From Mobula birostris (Eukaryota): a stretch of 64,000 bases of DNA. The DNA lies in contig NC_092377.1 in the NCBI RefSeq assembly GCF_030028105.1, forward strand, positions 22,440,782-22,504,781, written 5' to 3'. The position numbers and the translations under genes were made by a program. Shown here one piece after another: positions 1-13,222 of this stretch (the first letter of the stretch is position 1; each line of letters opens with the position of its first letter). The notes beneath the pieces are model-generated. The model worked only from the letters and a program-made list of their open reading frames with translations. It was not told the origin of the DNA and did no database searches.

Positions 1-445
1 GTTTAAAAAAAATTAAGATGGATTTTACTAGAAAGAACAAAGTTATTAAACTCAAAAAATCTACGAAACTGAAACCAAATTCTTAACGTATGTTTAATAA
101 TGGGATTGAGGTCTCAACTACCAATCTTAGAAAGCAAAAAAGGACGAGAAGCTCCCAGTAAGGAGGCCAAAGAATACCCCTTCACCGAGTTTTTCCTCAA
201 ATCCACCCATAAAGGACAGTCATGTATGTGTGAATAATGAATCCAAAATGAAATATATCAAATATTAATTGCCCAGTAATACATTTTAAAATTTGGCAAA
301 GCCATACCACCATTTTTTTAAATTTCTGCAATAGAGGTTTACTCAATCTAGGATTTTTATTATTCCAAATATAAGATAAAATTTTAGAGTTTATTCTATC
401 AAAAAACCGTTTAGGAACAAAGGAAGGGATAGCTTGAAATACATA

Positions 446-1994
446 CAAGTGTCCCCCGCTTTTCGAACGTTCACTTTACGAAACCTCACTGTTACGAAAG
501 ACCTACATTAGTACCCTGTTTTCGCTAACAGAAGGTGTTTTCACTGTTACGAAAAAAATCAGCGCGCGATAAAAGGCAGCATGCGCCCTGAGCAGCCACT
601 CTCCCCCGGATTCGGAACAGCATTGTTTAAACACGTTGCATTGAGCAGCCGTTAGCATGATGAATTCTAAGGTATCGGAAAAGCCTAAAGGAGCTCGTAA
701 GGGTGTTATACTTAGCGTAAAACTAGACACAATTAAGCGTTTCGATCGTGGTGAATGAAGTAAGGACAACGTGAGTTTGGCTTGTGGAAGCTGATGAAGA
801 TAATGTTGAAGAGGTTTTGGCATCCTATGACCAAGAACTGATAGATGAAGAGCTGATGCAATTAGAAGAGGAAAGGATAACAATTGAAACCGAATCCATT
901 AGCGAAATGAACGTGAAGTAATTGCGTGAGATTTTCGCTGCAATGATAAAGTACGACTTTAATTTTGAAAGGGTACATAGGTTTAGGGGATATTTGCAGG
1001 ATGGTTTGAGTGCTTACAAAGAACTGTATGATAGAAAAATGCGCGAGGCTCAGCAGTCAAGCAAGCCTTCCACATCAGCCACAGCAGACGACGAACCTCG
1101 ACCTTCGACATCGAGGTGGGCAGTCATAGGAGAAGATGAGCTGTCTGCTCTAATGGAAACAGACGACGATGAGATGACACCCCAGTGTCCCACCACCCCA
1201 ACCCCCAAGCCACGGACAGATACCGATTCGCCGAGAATGCAGCGGTAGCCGGGAGGCACACAGCACATCTTTAAGAAAAAAGCTGGAATAAACATGCTAA
1301 TTAATTAGGTGCAATCGGCAATCACCTCTGATCTGGGCCGACAATTACGTGTCGGGCGACACCTAATTAATTAGAATGTTTATTTCGGCTTTTTTCTTAA
1401 AGATGTGCTGGGTGCGTCCCGGCTACCGCAGGACCCCTGCGTGCTTCATGGCAATGTATTGGCAGCCTGGAGGGTGGGGGCCACTGCACCACCCCAACCT
1501 GGGACGACTCAGCCTAACACACCATCATCAGTGTGCTCGGTGCTGTCCTGATTCCGGTAAGTGATACTAAACTGCACATACAATTTTTCTACTTTATATC
1601 GGCTGTGTATTTTTACGTGTTATTTGGTATGATTTGGCAGCTTCATAGATTAACTGGAAAGCGTGTTTCTGCCAACAGCGCTTGTGTGAGATTTTCTGCC
1701 GAGAGCACTTGCGTGAGATTTTCGCTACAGAGAACAGTTCAGTAATGATTGTGGAAAAGTATTTCTACTTTATATAGTCTGTGTATTTATCATATCATTC
1801 CTGCTTTTACTATATATTATTGTTATTTTAAGTTTTATGTGTTATTTGGCATGATTTGGTAGGTTTTTGGTTCTGCGAACGCTCACGAAATTTCCCCATA
1901 TATATAAATAGTAATTGCTTCTTCACTTTACGACATTTCGGCTTATGAACCGTTTCATAGGAATGCTCTACCTTCGGATGGCGGGGGATACCTG
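446..1994 (+). mobile_element. Tigger/pogo-like non-autonomous DNA transposon (internally deleted)
   Basis: Imperfect TIRs CAAGTGTCCCCCGC / GCGGGGGATACCTG, TA TSD at 444-445 and 1995-1996. Remnant N-terminal HTH (RKGVILSVKLDTIKRFDRGE) and C-terminal acidic transposase tail (922-1248). Removing it restores host L1 PKFLYVFQAIP. Confidence 0.88.
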
Positions 1995-4077
1995 TATAAG
2001 AACTTCGGTAACACTATCATTTTAATAGCATTAATTTGACCAATTAATGATAATGTCATAGGAGACCATTTAGAAAGTATTTGTTGCGTGTATTCAATTA
2101 CTGGAAGAAAGTTATATTTATACAGGTCCTTAAAATTTTTGGTAATTTTAATACCAAGATAAGTAAAGTTATTTTTAGCAATGTTAAAAGGAATTTGATT
2201 ATGTTGATCCAAGTAGTTATTAATAGGAAATAACTCACTTTTGTGTAAATTTAATTTATATCCACAGAAACTACTAAATTCAGAAAATATAGATAACATA
2301 GAAGGAATAGATTTCTTAGAATCAGAAATATAAACTAACAAGTCATCTGCATACAACGAAACCTTATGCACTTTATCTCCTCTCTTAATACCTTGAACAT
2401 TGTTGGAGTCCCGAAGGGCAATAGCAAGAGGTTCTAAAGCCAGATTCAGTAACAGCGGACTAAGAGGTCAACCCTGCCAGGTACCTCTGTATAGCCTAAA
2501 ATAAGGAGATTTTTGATTGTTAGTTATAACTGCCGCCATAGGAGCTTGATAGATCAGTTTAATCCAAGAAATAAAACCTGGACCAAAATTAAATGTTTCT
2601 AAAACTTTGAATAAATAGGACCACTCTGTCAAAGGCTTTCTCTGCATTGAGGGAGACAACACATTCGGATTCTTTAGATGGAGAGGAATGAATAATATTC
2701 AATAATCTCTGAATATTAAAATATGAGTATCTATTCTTAATAAATCCAGTTTGATCTTTAGAAATAACCTTAGGTAAAATATTCTCGAGCCTGTTAGCCA
2801 AAATCTTAGAAAGAATTTTAGAATGCACATTTAGCAAGGAAATTGGTCTGTAAGAGGCACATTCAGATAAATCTTTTTCTTTTTTGGGAATTAATGAAAT
2901 TGATGCCTCATAGAAAGTTTTCGGAAGGGTCCCAGAGGATATAGAATCAGTGAAAATTTGGCATAAATGAGGTGCAGGTATTCCAGTAAAAGTCTTAAAA
3001 AATTCTACTGTAAATCCATCCGGTCCCGGAGCTTTATCTGATTGAAAAGAGGGTATAGCCCTCACTATTTCTTCTCGTTTAATAGGCGCATCTAATGTAT
3101 TCATATCTTGGATAGAAATTTTGGGTATATTCAATCTTTGCAAGAATCTATTCATAAAAGTAGTATTGTCTGGAAAATCAGATTTATAAAGGTTAGAGTA
3201 AAAATCCAGAAATACTTTATTAATTTCCTGACAATCTGACGTTTCAATTCTATCAGTTCTTCGTTTTTCAAAAACTGCCTTCTAGCCATAGATGCTTTAA
3301 GTTGACCGGCTAACAATTTACCTGACTTATCCCCATGTATATAAAATTGACTTTTAGATTTCAAAAGTTGCTGCTCAATGGGAAAAGTCAGAAGCAGATG
3401 ATACTGTGTTTGAAGTTCTACCCTTTCCTTATATAGATCTTCACTAGGTGTTACTGAGTAAACTTTATCTATTTCTTTAATCCTGTTAGTAATCACTAAA
3501 AGTTCCGCTTTAGTTTTCCTTCTTAAAGCTACTGATTAAGTGATTATCTGTCCCCTAAGAAAAGATTTCATCGCATCCCAAATAACCAAATTTGACATAC
3601 CCTCAGTTGTATTTAATTCAAAAAAATAAAGAAATTTGTTCTTTAATGAAACTTACAAATGCTGGTTCATGCAGAAATGTAGCATTAAATCTCCACTGAG
3701 ATGCATTCTGTATATTATCAGGGAACTTCAGTATTAGTTTCGTGGGTGCATGATCCGACAACGCAATAGCGTCATATGCACAGTCAGCAACAAAAGGCAC
3801 CAGTCGCGTATCCAACAAAAAATAATCAATGCTTGAATATTTATGAAAGAAAAGAAAAATCCTTATCTTTAGGATGGAGAAATCTCCAAATATCGACCAG
3901 GCCATATTCTAGTAAAAAAGAATTAATACAGGTCGCAGCCTTATTAGAAAGCCACAGATTGGTTGATGATCTATCAATCAAAGGATTGAGACAATAGTTA
4001 AAGTCACCGCCCGTGATCAACTTATATTCATTTAAATTCGGCAACGCAGAAAGTAACTTCTTAAAAAATTCAGGGCT

Positions 4078-5845
4078 CAATTTTGGCTGATAACAACCTA
4101 CAAAGTTACATAAATACTATTGATAACCCTTGGGTGAAATGGACTCTTAAAATATGGAAAACTATTATAAAAGAATATAAACTAGAGAGAGACATTGCAA
4201 TTCTTAAGTGGTGTGCATATGATTCAGATTTTATGCCGAATAAACTGGATGCTAGATTTAAAGATTGGACAGCTAAAGGACAGTTTTGAAATGCTCAAAG
4301 AGAAACACTTATTAGAAAAACAAGACTTTTACCGGTATTTACAGACACAACAGTATGTTAATAGGACGGTTAAAAATGTAACCAAGGCAAGTACATGTTT
4401 GATAGAGCTATTTAGAAAAGCTTACAATTCAGACAATGGTAGTAGAATAATTTCAAGCGTGTATAAGGGTTTGTCAAATCTTAAAACACATACATTAAAA
4501 CAAAATGGGAGAAGGAAGGAGGGATAATAATATCTGAGGAAGACTGGACAATAATATGGAGATATCAATGGAAGTGAACCAGTTCACAGAAATGGACGTT
4601 CGGGTGTAAAAACTTGTTAAGCTATTTTATTACACCCTCTCAGAAATCCCATTATGATAGTAACCCTACACCCCCCCCGCCCCGTTTGCTGGAGAAATTG
4701 TGGAAATCAAAATGCAAACCATTATCATATTTTCTGGGAATGCCCTGTTATTAAAGACTATTGGAGTAGGATACATAATGCCCTACAAGACATCTTTAAA
4801 TGTGAAATACCCTTGGAGAGTAAGACCATACCTTTTGGGTATATACCTCAAGAATGGTTGAAAAGAGATAAATACTTAATGAATGTACTGCTGGTGGCTG
4901 GTAAAAAGACCCTTACCAGGAAATGGTTATCACAGGAGAGCCCAACTTTAAATGTATGGATGGAAATTACAATGGACATTTACAAAATGGAGAAGATAAC
5001 AGCTTCTGTTATTATAAGTTGGAACAATTTTATTCATACTGGAAAAAATGGTTTAACTACATAACACCTCAGAGGCCTGATTTTATTCTCACAAGTCAAT
5101 GAATATGTTGTTTAAAAAAGATCACTCCCTACTCTGTACTTAGTTTTCTTCTTTCAATTGTTCTTTCTTTCCTCTCCACAGCGCACGCGGCCGTTCCGAA
5201 TGAATATCGATTATGTGTAACTAGGGGCCATGCACAATCCGGATTTGATGGAGACAGCCGTGAGAAGCACAGAGGAACATCTGGAGTAACTTCTGAAATG
5301 CCTGCTTCGCTGCTGTTGCTACTGTGCAATCGAGAATCTCCGGAGTCGAGGCACTCGGCAGAGATGGTGCTCGGTGCTCGGAGTTTTTCAGACGGACTCG
5401 GAGTCGGACTGTGGTCGGATGTTTCCAGGATGCTGCACCGGTAAGTTGGAGGTTTACCATCTGCGTGAGATGATGGGACTTCCGAGAGACTTTGAGACTT
5501 TTACTGTGCCATGGTCTGTTCTTATCAAATCACGGTATTGCTTTGCACTGTTGTAACTATATGTTATAATTATGTGGTTTTTGTTAGTTTTTACGTTGGT
5601 TTGTCGTGTTTTTGTAATATCATTCTGGAAAAACATTTCATCATTTCTTAATGCATGCATTACTAAATGACAATAAAAGGGTACTGCGTGTCCTCATAAT
5701 CATAAGAATAATCCTTTCTATAAATGTATACCTCAGATAAATATGTGGAGATTTGTGACAAATATGATTATATGATATACATGTACAGTATCTGAAATAC
5801 ATCTTATGGAAATGTTTGATGATGAAATTCAATAATAAACTACAA
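4078..5845 (+). mobile_element. 5'-truncated second L1-clade element (ORF2 C-terminus + 3'UTR)
   Basis: C-terminal zinc knuckle CWRNCGNQNANHYHIFWECP (4654-5064) and A-rich tail. 15-bp TSD AAAAAATTCAGGGCT at 4063-4077 and 5846-5860. Excision restores host NVDSPEFFKKL. Confidence 0.88.
5177..5711 (+). mobile_element. Short non-LTR element (SINE or LINE 3' end) inserted in the 3'UTR of the second L1
   Basis: Abrupt CpG-rich block ending in AATAAA and an (ATAATC)-type tail, within AT-rich L1 3'UTR. Family not identified. Confidence 0.55.
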
Positions 5846-6195
5846 AAAAAATTCAGGGCTATCTACATTAGGTGCATACACACACACCAAAGCCATCTTT
5901 TGACCACATAACAAACCAGTAACAATTAAGTATGTTCCAATTGAATCAGTGACAGTATTAAGATGTACAAAAGGGATTTTAAAATTAATAAAAATAGATA
6001 CCCCTCTAATTTTAGTTACTGATGAAGAGTGAAACTGAGAGCCCCTCCAGAATTTTTTAAAAAACCGTTTTCATCCTCCCTACGGATATGGGTCTCTTGC
6101 ACAAAAATAATATCAGCCTGAAGTGTTTTTAATTTCTTAAAGATCTTTTTATGCTTAATAGGTTGATTCAAGCCATTCAGGTTCCATGAGATTAT

Positions 6196-7788
6196 CACTG
6201 ACTTTATCCGCTCAGGGGGTCTCCCATCCACAGCTACCAACTTTATAGTTCCCACATCCCGCACTTCCCGTTTCTATCTCCTACCCAAGATCCACAAAAC
6301 TGCCTGTCCTGGTAGACCTATTGTCTCAGCTTGTTCCTGCCCCACCGAACTCGTTTCTGCATACCTCGACACGGTTTTATCCCCCATGGTTCAAACCTTT
6401 CCTACCTATGTTTGTGACACTTCTCACGCTCTTAAACTTTTCAATGATTTTAAGTTCCCTGGCCCCCACCGCTTTATTTTCACCATGGATGTCCAGTCCC
6501 TATTGTACTTCCATCCCATCAGGAAGGTCTCAAAGCTCTCCGCTTCTTTTTGGATTCCAGACCTAACCAGTTCCCCTCTACCACCACTCTGCTCCGTCCA
6601 GCAGAATTAGCCCTTAATAATTTCTCCTTTGGCTCCTCCCACTTCCTCCAAACTAAAGGTGTAGCTATGGGCACCCGTATGGGTCCTAGCTATGCCTGCC
6701 TTTTTGTTGGCTTTGTGGAACAATCTATGTACCAAACCTATTCTGGTATCTGTCCCCCACTTTTCCTTCGCTACATCGATGACTGCATTGTCCACACCTA
6801 CCACCCCACCAGCCTCCGGGTCCAACATATAATTCTCCGTAACTTCCGCCACCTCCAACGGGATCCCACCACTAAGCACATCTTTCTCTCCCCCACTCTC
6901 TCTGCTTTCCGCAGGGATTGCTCCCTACGTGACTCCCTTGTCCATTCGTACCCCCCCATCCCTCCCCCAAAGATCTCTCTCCTGGCACTTATCCGTGTAA
7001 GCGGAACAAGTGCTACATATGCCCTTACACTTCCTCCCTCACCACCATTCAGGACCCCACACAGTCCTTCCAGGTGAGGTGACACTTCACCTGTGAGTCA
7101 GCTGGGATGATATACTGCATCTGGTGCTCCCGATGTGGCCTCCTATATATTGGCGAGACCCAACGCAGACTGGGAGATCATTTCGCTGAACACCTACGCT
7201 CTGTCCGCCAGAGAAAGCAGGATCTCCCAGTGGCCACACATTTTAATTCCACGTCCCATTCCCATTCTGATATGTCTATCCACGGCCTCCTCTACTGTAA
7301 AGATGAAGCCACACTCAGGTTGGAGGAACAACACCTTATATTCCGTCTGGGTAGCCTCCAACCTGATGGCATGAACATTGACTTCTCAAACTTCTGCTAA
7401 TGCCCCACCTCCCCCTTGTACCCCATCCGTTATTTATTTATATACATTCTTTTTCTCTCTCTCCTTTTTCTCCCTCTGCCCCTCTCACTATACCCCTTGC
7501 CCATCCTCTGGGTTTCCCTCCCCACTTTTCTTTCTCCCTAGGCCTCCTGTCCCATGATCCTCTCATATCCCTTTTGCCAATCAACTGTCCAGCTCTTGGC
7601 TCCATTCCTCCCTCTCCTGTCTTCTCCTATCATTTTGGATCTCCCCCTCCCCCTCTCAAATCTCTTACTTGCTCTTCTTTCAGTTAGTCCTGACGAAGGG
7701 TCTCGGCCCGAAACATCGACTGTACCTCTTCCTAGAGATGCTGCCTGGCCTGCTGCGTTCACCAGCAACTTTTGTGTGTGTTGCTCGT
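6196..7788 (+). mobile_element. Penelope-like element (RT + GIY-YIG endonuclease), 5'-truncated, internally deleted
   Basis: FYLLPKIHK..GRPIVS, KGVAMGTRMGPSYA, RYIDD (RT); IYCIWCSRCGLLYIGET (GIY-YIG). 15-bp TSD GTTCCATGAGATTAT at 6181-6195 and 7789-7803. Confidence 0.92.
7684..7723 (+). ncRNA. Minimal type I hammerhead ribozyme motif (PLE-borne)
   Basis: AGTC-CTGACGA-A-GGG tctcgg CCC-GAAA-C-ATC-GACT: conserved core, stem II, stem I AGTC/GACT. Triplet is ATC, probably CpG decay of GTC. Confidence 0.75.
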
Positions 7789-8715
7789 GTTCCATGAGAT
7801 TATATTAATTTTATTAACATCCATAATAAGGCTTTAGTTTAAGATTTTATAAAATAAGTTAATGCGCCAGCACAGACCACACCCGCAAGTAACAAATTAC
7901 GGATTCAATCAGAGAGGGGAAAAAAAACATGATTGACAGGAAAACCTCTCAGGACTGCCCAATCAAAAAAACCTAAACTAATAGCCCCACCCCCTCCCCC
8001 CAAAGCCCGAAAACCACCCAATAGGCAGACAGCATGTTAAAGTATAATCCCTTAACCCGTCTCCAATAGGCAGACTCTTTTTAAAAAGTTATATGCTAAT
8101 ACCACTGACTAAAGACACAACAACACATACATGAAGAAATAAGCAAATTCCAAATACTTTGATATTATGTCTAACAGAGGTTAAAATGTAGTTAACAGTG
8201 GCCATCTTAAATTCATTTAATAAAAATTGATCATATATCAAAAAAGATAGATCCAACCAAATAATATTTACGACTAATGTTAAACTCTTACAAATCCTAA
8301 AGGAAAAAATAAAACAACCAAAACGGTGTCTGGGCAGTCATAAAATGCAGATTGAACTTTCAACGATCCAGCTACAGACGACTACCAGCCGAGGATTAAG
8401 TGTTTAAGTTGCTTGCAAGACAGGTTTAAGCTCCTTTATAAATTTCCAAGCCTCTTCTAGGGAGTCAAATCGTTTTGGGTGGGCATTAGGCGGGTAAATT
8501 TTCAAACGAGCTGAATAATGCAAAGAGGGACGACAGTTCTTTTTATAAAGTTCAGCCATCACTTCCCAATATTTAATTCTTTCTGCATAAACCTCTGGGG
8601 CAAAATCTTCAACTATGCGAATCTCTACTCCATTATAAATTATCTTCCACTGCTTCCTAGCATCTTGAAGAATTGCTTCTTTAGTAGTAAAGTAATGTAA
8701 ACAAAGAATCACAGG

Positions 8716-8848
8716 CAAACAACAGGAATTCTGCAGATGCTGGAAATTCAAGCAACACACATAAAAGTTGCTGGTGAACGCAGCAGGCCAGGCAGCATCT
8801 CTAGGAAGAGGTGCAGTCGACGTTTCAGGCTGAGACCCTTCGTCAGGA
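8716..8848 (-). mobile_element. Mini Penelope tail fragment starting at hammerhead motif, inserted in L1 ORF1
   Basis: Near-identical to PLE 3' ends (7690-7785, 41575-41704). Minus strand reads CCTGACGAAGGGTCTCAGCCTGAAACGTCGACT. Confidence 0.85.
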
Positions 8849-9979
8849 ACGGAAGGCTTCAGGCATAGGACTCGGTGAGCTTTATCTATCATCGGAGGTG
8901 CTTCAAGTATCTCACTAAAAAGTGAGTATAGCATATTCATGAAAAACTTTTCTGGTTCACCGGTTTCCATGTTTTCAGGCAAAACCAGTATGCGTAAATT
9001 CAGCCTACGACTTCTGCTTTCCAGATCCGTCGTTTTCTTCTTCATTCTTAATAATTCCCAAGAAAGCTCAACAATTTTCTTTTCCATAGTACATATCTTT
9101 AATTCTTGTTCATTAATCACTGGATTCACTGTCTCCTGTTTTTTGTGTTATTTTGTGTTTTGTGTTTTTTGTTTTTTCTTATTTTGTTGTTTTGTGTTCA
9201 TTGTCTTCTGTTCTCTTCCGATTCTATTAACGTCCTTTTTAAGCGTCTGATATTGAAATTCCAGATTCCTGGACAGCAAAAACGGTTTTTTCAAGCTTTT
9301 CATTAGCATTTGTCAGTTTATCAATCTTGGTGTCCACCATTCCGATCTTGGTATTAATATCTTGCATCAAAGAAAACATTCTTTCTGAAGTAGAGACTTC
9401 CTCTGACTCCTTTGCGTGTTCAGCTTCGGAAACTATTTTGCCACCTCTTAATTCGATTCCAGTTCGGGTTCCAGCCATCGTAATTAAATCATAAATCCTT
9501 CACTAAAAGTAATAAATCATTAAAATTTAAACAAAACTAGCAGTGGAAAGTAAGTTGTAAAAGGAAGGAGTAGCGCCAACATGTCTTACTCCATAGGCTT
9601 CTGAAAGGAGACTCCCCTGCAAAGGGCTCACGAGCTTTTTCTTGCAACTGTACAAAAGCCTGAAAGCACACAGCACCAGGCTCAAGGATAGTTTCTATCC
9701 TGCTGTTACAAGACCACTGAATGGTCCCTTATTATGATAAAAATGGACTAGGCTTCACAACTGCCTCGTTTATGGCCTTGCACCTTACTTTCTGCCTATC
9801 CCGCAATTTCTCTGCAAGTGTAAAAACGTATTGTACATTGCGTTATTGTTTTGCGTTGTACTACCTAAATGCACTGTTGTGATGAAATGATCTGTATGGA
9901 TGGCATCCAAATCAAAGTTTTTCACTGTACCTTGGTACATTGACAATAGGAAACCAGTTTATAAATGTATTGTACTTAC

Positions 9980-10017
9980 CAAAAGATAAGTACTCGTATC
10001 TGGTCTTCTTCTGTGCA
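9980..10017 (-). CDS. Probable internal exon of the unidentified minus-strand gene (VHRRRPDTSTYLL)
   Basis: Polypyrimidine ccttccttgttattccAG acceptor and GTAAGT donor. 38 nt, open in phase 1, matching the exon ending at 15382. Confidence 0.65.
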
Positions 10018-10519
10018 CTGGAATAACAAGGAAGGCATGGAATGGCTTATTATTAGTGTTTGCTTAAGACACTTTAAACAACTATACATTTAAACTTCAA
10101 AAGAGAGAAGGGTTGATTATTTTATAAAGGAAATTGTCTTTTCCCCTTAAAAGAATGTCATAAGGGGCATATTATTGAGAGATCTTGGATTATTTTATAA
10201 TTTGAGTGCTCCATCTTTTTCAAAGCATATTCTAATGATGTATGTTCAAAATATCAGTCAAGTTCACTTGTTATTTTTGGAACATCTGACAATGGGAAAA
10301 AGAATGAATGAGACTACAAAGACCTATTAAGCAATTTTTTGATATACAGGTATTAATGTAACGGTGTGCAACCCTTTTTGTTACTGCAGTCTCACAAGGT
10401 AAATAACTTCGTACAAAAATGTTTATTTTGTTGTGGAATAACAATAATGATTAGTACAATAATCAATGTCTAATACTTAAACCTTGGTAACTACTTAAAT
10501 ACAAAAAAAAGCCGTTTGT

Positions 10520-11890
10520 TTTCTGATGACATCACTATTGTTGGCCAATTCAAAAGTGGAAGTGAATCAGCACGTAGGAGGGAGATTGAAGGTCTAGTTG
10601 AGTAATGCCATAACAGTAACATCTCACTCAATTTCAACAAAACCTAGGAGCTTATTACTGACGACAGGAGGAAGAAGCCAGAGATCCATGAGCCATTCCT
10701 CATTGGGAGAACAGAGGTGGAGAAGAGTAGCTATAAATTTCCTTGGCATTAACATATCAGAGAATCTGTCCTGGGACCAGCAGATAAGTGTCATCATGAA
10801 GAAGGCACAACAACACTTCTAATTTCTTAGAAGTTTGCATAGATTTGGCATGTCACCAGTAGACAGCATCCCTAATTGATTGCAACAGGGCCTGGTATGA
10901 AACGCCAAAGTCCAGGAACAGAAAAGGCCACAGAAAGGAATGGATACAGCCCAGTCCATCACAGACAAAGCTCTCCTCACCCTTGAGTATATTTTAATGG
11001 AGCACTGCCATAAGAAACCAGCATCCATCAAAGACCTCCACCATCCAGACCATACCTTCTTCACACTATATGGGCACCAGCAAACATTTCTACCATGGGC
11101 GACATCTTCCAAATGGTTTACGAAACTTTTTTCTTTCATTTCTTTGATTCCTTTTTTTAAAAAAATGTATTTCTGGTACTGTTGAAGCCTGTACTCTACA
11201 GTTTGATGGTGCTGGTTATGCAATCTGGTGCTTTACTGTCTTTCAGAAGGTTCTGGAAGGCATGTGGTCTCGAGGCCAAGAAGCTTAGACATGGGACACG
11301 AGCCCACGATCAACTCCATTTCTGACTGATTAAAGCATTGAGGAAGATTGAAAACATCAAAGCAAGTGCGGAAGGTGAGCGAGTGTTCAGCGCTGTTACT
11401 GGCCTCTCGCTCACTGCTCCCAAGGGAAAGCCCATGTTGGAGTGGTAACTCTCTCTCTCACAATGCTGTCGGTGGATGGTACTGAAGTTCCGGGTCTGCC
11501 GTTTGTGGATCCATCTGTAATTTGAATGGACTCTTCCAATTTTTTGGTTTTATATTCTGTGTTTTCGCTCATTCTTTCTTGTTGCCATTTGCACGATTTG
11601 TTTTTTTTGCGTGTGGGGGAGGGGTTCATGTTCTTGTTTGAATGGGCTCCATGGTTTTCTTCGTTTCGTAGCTGTCTATGGGGAAGATAAATCTCAGGGT
11701 TGTATCCTGCATACATACTTAGATAATAAACGTACTTTGAACCATTAGGTCCCATGCCACCAGATTCAGGAAGTTAATATCCATCAGGCTCCTGAATCAA
11801 GATTGATAACTTCACTCACCACAACTCTTAACTGACTCTATGGCATACAGACTAACTTTGCAGCTCTCTTTACAACTCATGTTTTCAGTA
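10520..11890 (+). mobile_element. Degenerate Rex1/Babar-like LINE 3' fragment with a nested SINE-like block (about 11100-11745)
   Basis: FLGINISENLSW..KKAQQH and DTAQSIT..IKDLHHPDH remnants. Boundaries approximate. Confidence 0.55.
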
Positions 11891-11896
11891 CTATTT

Positions 11897-12050
11897 AAAA
11901 ACGCAAACACAAGGAAATCTGCAGATGCTGGAAATTCAAGCAACACACATCAAAGTTGCTAGTGAACGCAGCAGGCAAGACAGCATCTCTAGGAAGAGGT
12001 ACAGCTGACGTTTCAGCTGAGACCCCTCGTCAGGACCCCTTGTCAGGACT
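11897..12050 (-). mobile_element. Mini Penelope tail fragment with hammerhead motif
   Basis: Same tail as other PLE copies. 5' end has a duplicated CCTGAC(A/G)A.GGG half-core. Confidence 0.82.
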
Positions 12051-12182
12051 CTCAATGTTTGTCCCTCCCTCTGGAGGACTTAAAATACTGGGACTAACTG
12101 GATACTTTCACAAAAACCTTGTACAAGTTTGATCGGCTGAATGATCGTCTCTTGTGCTGTACAATTCCATGAGATCACTCAC

Positions 12183-12215
12183 TCATCTTTGCCCAACACT
12201 GGGGAAAATCTTGTT
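12183..12215 (-). CDS. Possible 33-nt symmetric (phase 1-1) cassette exon of the unidentified gene (EQDFPQCWAKM)
   Basis: ttgttacttcaccAG acceptor, GTGAGT donor, open in frame. Supported by splice signals only. Confidence 0.25.
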   Translation of the reverse strand, partial: NKIFPSVGQR

Positions 12216-13222
12216 CTGGTGAAGTAACAAGAAATACCAAAAAGTTTTGGTGCAACTGGCAAGGCAGTAACATGTCACACAAGCTTTCTGTTCCTGAGAA
12301 TTGCCTTTAAGCCGATGTCTCCACAGTCAGAAATGTCCATGTTCAAAGTAACTAATATTGTATTGTTCTTTATACACTTGCTATAATTTTCTCATTTTAT
12401 TGAATTATCCTAACACTTTACTGTATGCATTGATTGATGAATAACCTGAAATATTTTGTTATTCACTTGAAAAGTACTTTTAAAAAATGATATGGCAGAA
12501 TTTACACAAAGTCACATTCGCACTGTATAGCTTCTTCCTCAAACATCTTGGATAAATACACAAATATTCAAACTATTTAAACTTCTCCTACTAAAGAAAC
12601 TTAAGTACTCTTGAGCAATGCCATTCTTAAAAACGCAATTAAGTTAACCTTGTTCACAACTTTGTTATCCTTGCGCTTTTGCCTTCAAGTATAGTACATG
12701 CACAATTTATTTTAGAAAGCTAGAAATAAATCAACGTTAACTACTTTGGACAGCTTTCAAATTACAACTACTCTGTAAAATTATTCCCTCATTTCATTTT
12801 GCCTCTGATTCTCAACATTTTGACCAAATAACAAATCTGTGCCCGGCCTACCTTTTCCAGAACAAAGTCATCCATTAAAGTAGACCCTAATTAAATTAAA
12901 AATCGTAAAATAAAAGAAGTTATGAATTACAAATGTATAATGGACATTTAGATTCTCCAAATACAAGTGAACAACATCAACATTAGAGAGCACTTCTCAT
13001 TTTTTGGCAAAAGACAGTATTACACTGTCACTGGACCTAAAGCAAAATAGCTTCCACCTGTGTTGTAGTAATTAAAGCCCCTTGATCTTAGCTTTAGTAT
13101 TCCATGTTTTAAAAAACCCTTGCAGGAGCAAATATGCAACGAAACTGCATCAAGAAAGTCATTCAGCCTATTGTGACGGTAACCAGTGGATTTGATTTGA
13201 AAAACAGCAGGGATGATATTCC

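Larger units (their letters stand above)
1..9617 (-). mobile_element. L1-clade LINE with intact 5' end (5'UTR, ORF1, spacer, ORF2 EN+RT), degenerate, interrupted by nested insertions; 3' end lies beyond the window
   Basis: ORF1 ATG 9478, with L1 ORF1-like DLESRSRRLNLRILVLPE..AHRVL (8404-9129). ORF2 ATG 7824 reads MDVNKINIISWNLNGL...IIFVQETH (APE endonuclease), then GGDFN, SDHAP, KAPGPDGFT, YRPISLLN, SLYADDLL (RT), LPKFLYVFQAIP. Starts GGGGAG at about 9617. Confidence 0.9.
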
